From positions 15,511,918-15,575,917 of the forward strand of contig CM119269.1 of NCBI GenBank assembly GCA_051294375.1: DNA of 64,000 bases, in the 5' to 3' direction. Shown piece after piece: positions 61,131 to 64,000 of this stretch (position 1 is its first letter; each line of letters opens with the position of its first letter). The notes under the pieces are model-generated. The model ran no database searches and was not told the DNA's origin. It saw only the letters and a list, made by a program, of their open reading frames with translations. The DNA is from Paraspadella gotoi. Its lineage: Eukaryota; Animalia; Chaetognatha. The translations under genes and the position numbers were made by a program.

Positions 61131-64000
61131 ATGCTTCGCCTCCCCGTCGCTTTTTCCGTCTTTTTGGTAAGTTCGCTTCCGTGGGTGAGTTTCAACATAA
61201 ATTAAGATTCGTCATAACTTCCAGAAACTCTTCAACATTTTTTTGACGACGGCCGACGTCGTGTCGGATTTGTCGACGATTCGAAGTTTCGCTTGGAGAT
61301 ACGATGGAGACTTTGGTCGACTTCGTTGGCTTTCCTACGGGATGATGTCGTCCATGATGTTGCACAACATCGTTTCTTCTTGGCATGGAATTCGCTACAT
61401 CAGCGGACTACACAAAAATAGAAAGCTGTACGAAAATATTTGGGGAACGAATTTGAAGAAAGCCATTTGTTGCTTTCTCTACGTCGTGGGCCTCGGCAAC
61501 GTAGCACTTTATTACGATTTAATTATCCAGGTAAATTTAACTGGAGTTTTCGAAGTTCTTTTTATAATAAGGAAGTCAAGTATTGCTTGTAATAATGTCG
61601 CCTAGTTTTTTTTTCTAGTATTAAATAAAACTGAGGTTGGTTTTTGACGGGTTTGGTTAAAACTACGTACAATCGTGCATAGTATCATGCACACTGCTTG
61701 TTGGTATTTACCTAAAATTGCACACTTGCCGTCAACGCTTTGCAATCCGAATTCAGGTTATTGGTGGAATTCCGTTGGACGCGACAAAGGACCATCTGCT
61801 TATTGCGTCGACCATCCTGCAAGTTTTTCTCGAATCTCTGCCACAATTCGTTCTACAAGGTGCCGCACTTTTTTTGTCTCTCTCTTCGGAAACACCAAAA
61901 CAATGCTTTCTTTCCAAGAAATACTTCTCTAAGCTTCTCTGGGAGTTTATGAACAACAAAAAAACGGCTTATGGTTTTTTTAAAAATGTAAAAGGTAGTT
62001 AATAATTCTAACCTCTTGACTCCGTAAAGCTATTTCGTTTTCTATGAAAAGTTCTAAGAAGCAAAGCCTGAATTATCCAGAGGTTTTGCAATTATTTCTT
62101 TTAATTTTAATTGAATAACTTTTTAAACTAAAAAAAAAAAAAATAAAGATTATCAATCAGTCAACAAATAAAACTTTGATTTTTTAGGCTACATTGTGGA
62201 TACGCAACAATTCACGGAGACCAGCGAAATTTGTGCGTGCAAACTGAGGGGAAGCTTTTCCCCGAGGTTTGAGGTTCTGTGCTCCTGGCCATTGGATGAC
62301 TGGTGGCCTCTGGTTTCCATGGTGATCTCTACCTTTTCTTTGGTCTTTGCTCTGGTTCCGTCCGACATTGACGGTCACAAAATTTTGGGGCTCACCCTGC
62401 GAATCACCGGCGTCTTGTCGGGAATGTACGCCATCACTGTCGGCTCTTACTTATTGCTCATGAAATCCATGATGTTTTCGGTCGTGATTTTCGTGACTTT
62501 TCCGCTGCTTTTTCTCAGAGTTTGCCCTCCTCACGTTTTCGCTGGGCATCTACAAACCGTCTTTCCCTCATCCTGGTTAGACAAAGTAGTCAAACAGTTT
62601 TCTCACTCTCGGGATTTACGGCGACTCTCTCTCGCTCAAACCTTTTTGTTTTTCAACTGTTTACTGGGCATCGAATACTTTTTCCAAAGCAAGCAAGCCT
62701 TGAACGTTTGGAGAAATGAGGAATTGTCCAGCATCGCCTTGAGCAATTATCCGAAGGTCCGTATGGATCCATTATGTGTTGTTGTGGAACTACTCAAACT
62801 TTCAGAACCGGCGTTAAGCGAAATAAAGAGCAGGTGCAGTTCCAATGAGACCGTCGTAATGAAAGTCGCGGACAAAAACAGTTGGGGCAAATTAATTTCG
62901 AAGATGTATCCAGGAATGATGGACACGCATCCGGACGAGCAATTCCATTCTGGCCTTTTAAATGAGTGGAAAGGCGAAATTGAAAAGGTAGTCTCTGGAG
63001 TTTCAATGTACATTGGTAATTTTATTTTTCTCAGTCCTGGAAATCATTATCAGTCTTACGCGGTGGTCGCTGACAATGTTATTAATTTTCTACTTTGTTG
63101 TGTTAATGATGTAACATGTCCCGGCAAAAAATCGGAAAAGCTTAAATTCGTGGTGGTGCTGTTTGCATATGGCTTGCCATCGATTCTATCTTCAATGAAT
63201 CGAAGAGAGTCGAAAATAGTTCACAAGGTCATCGAACTGAATAGCATACATTTTGCGTGGACAGTTTGTTTTATGCTTTGCAATTTGTTAAATATAGGAT
63301 ACGTGATTGCTTCGATTATCAAAATGAGAAGAGCGTTTAAACTATCCTTGAGTCTGTTGATAGTGTTTTTATTTATTTCCAGTCAATACACATTTTACAA
63401 TCAACTTGGTTACAGGGCTTTAGCTGTTTGGTCAAAAGATTTTCACCGATATTGTGTCACGAGGTCTAGCCAGATTCCAGGGAATAAGATCTTATTTTCT
63501 CACACGAAAATAATTCGAAAGAACTTTGAACAGAGATTGTCATTTGTGATGATTAGAGAACTTTACAAAACGCCTTTCACATTGGCTTGGATAGCCATGA
63601 TCTGTCTACACGCAACTTTGGTCGTCACATCATCGATCCCAAGCACTCTGCCCGCCTCATTTCATTTTCTATCGGATCTTTTTGCCGTTTCGTCATTTTT
63701 CGGCATCGTTTATGGATGCATAAAATACGCGGAGTCTTTGCAGAGCGAGACGATTTTCGTCAACGCTCATTTACTTGAATATTTTAAGGACGCGCTGAGT
63801 GGCGGCTTTGTCGCTTCGTTACGCTTTTCTCGAAAATTAATCGAGGCAAAGAAGAATGCGATCCATTTGGACGATTGGCACATATATATGACGAAATGGT
63901 TTCGGAGTTACTTGACAAGTTTTGCTTTTTACGAGATGCTAAATGGAAAGGGAAATCTTTTGTCCTGCATCGATGATGAATCTTTAATCAACGGGACGGA
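61131..64000 (+). CDS. XK-related (XKR/scramblase-like) multi-pass membrane protein, 3' end beyond the window
   Basis: Exons 61131-61166 and 61225-61530 (MLRLPVAFSVFL|KLFNIFLTTADVVSDLST), 61757-~61950/61994 (ILQVFLESLPQFVLQ, the XK-family ES.PQ..LQ motif), and a stop-free hydrophobic frame from 62188 to the window end that the ORF track omits. The exon 3/4 junction phase is not resolved. Confidence 0.7.

Overview
This is intron-rich eukaryotic DNA, almost certainly from an invertebrate animal (TMC, ETS and XK-type genes, GC-rich exons, AT-rich microsatellite-laden introns); the species was not identified. I spliced these genes by hand: the first coding exon of a Ras-family GTPase (-), a TMC channel (+), an ETS factor (+), a CCPG1/PBXIP1-like ER membrane coiled-coil protein (-), tRNA-Val(CAC), a YajO/Kv-beta-like aldo-keto reductase (-), a stand-alone SRPBCC (polyketide cyclase/START-like) gene with initiator tRNA-Met genes in an intron (-), a 15-exon SRPBCC-C2-lipoxygenase fusion gene (-), and an XK-related membrane protein running off the right edge (+). 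The most interesting signal is the SRPBCC + C2 + lipoxygenase architecture lying about 400 bp upstream of a second SRPBCC gene and then an AKR, a candidate animal oxylipin mini-cluster. Mobile DNA includes Penelope-like remnants with hammerhead ribozyme motifs, Helentron/HINE-like elements, a TA-flanked MITE and a 2.2-kb TIR element. About 36.6-47.05 kb appears to be redundant unpolished long-read sequence, so copy numbers there are unreliable.
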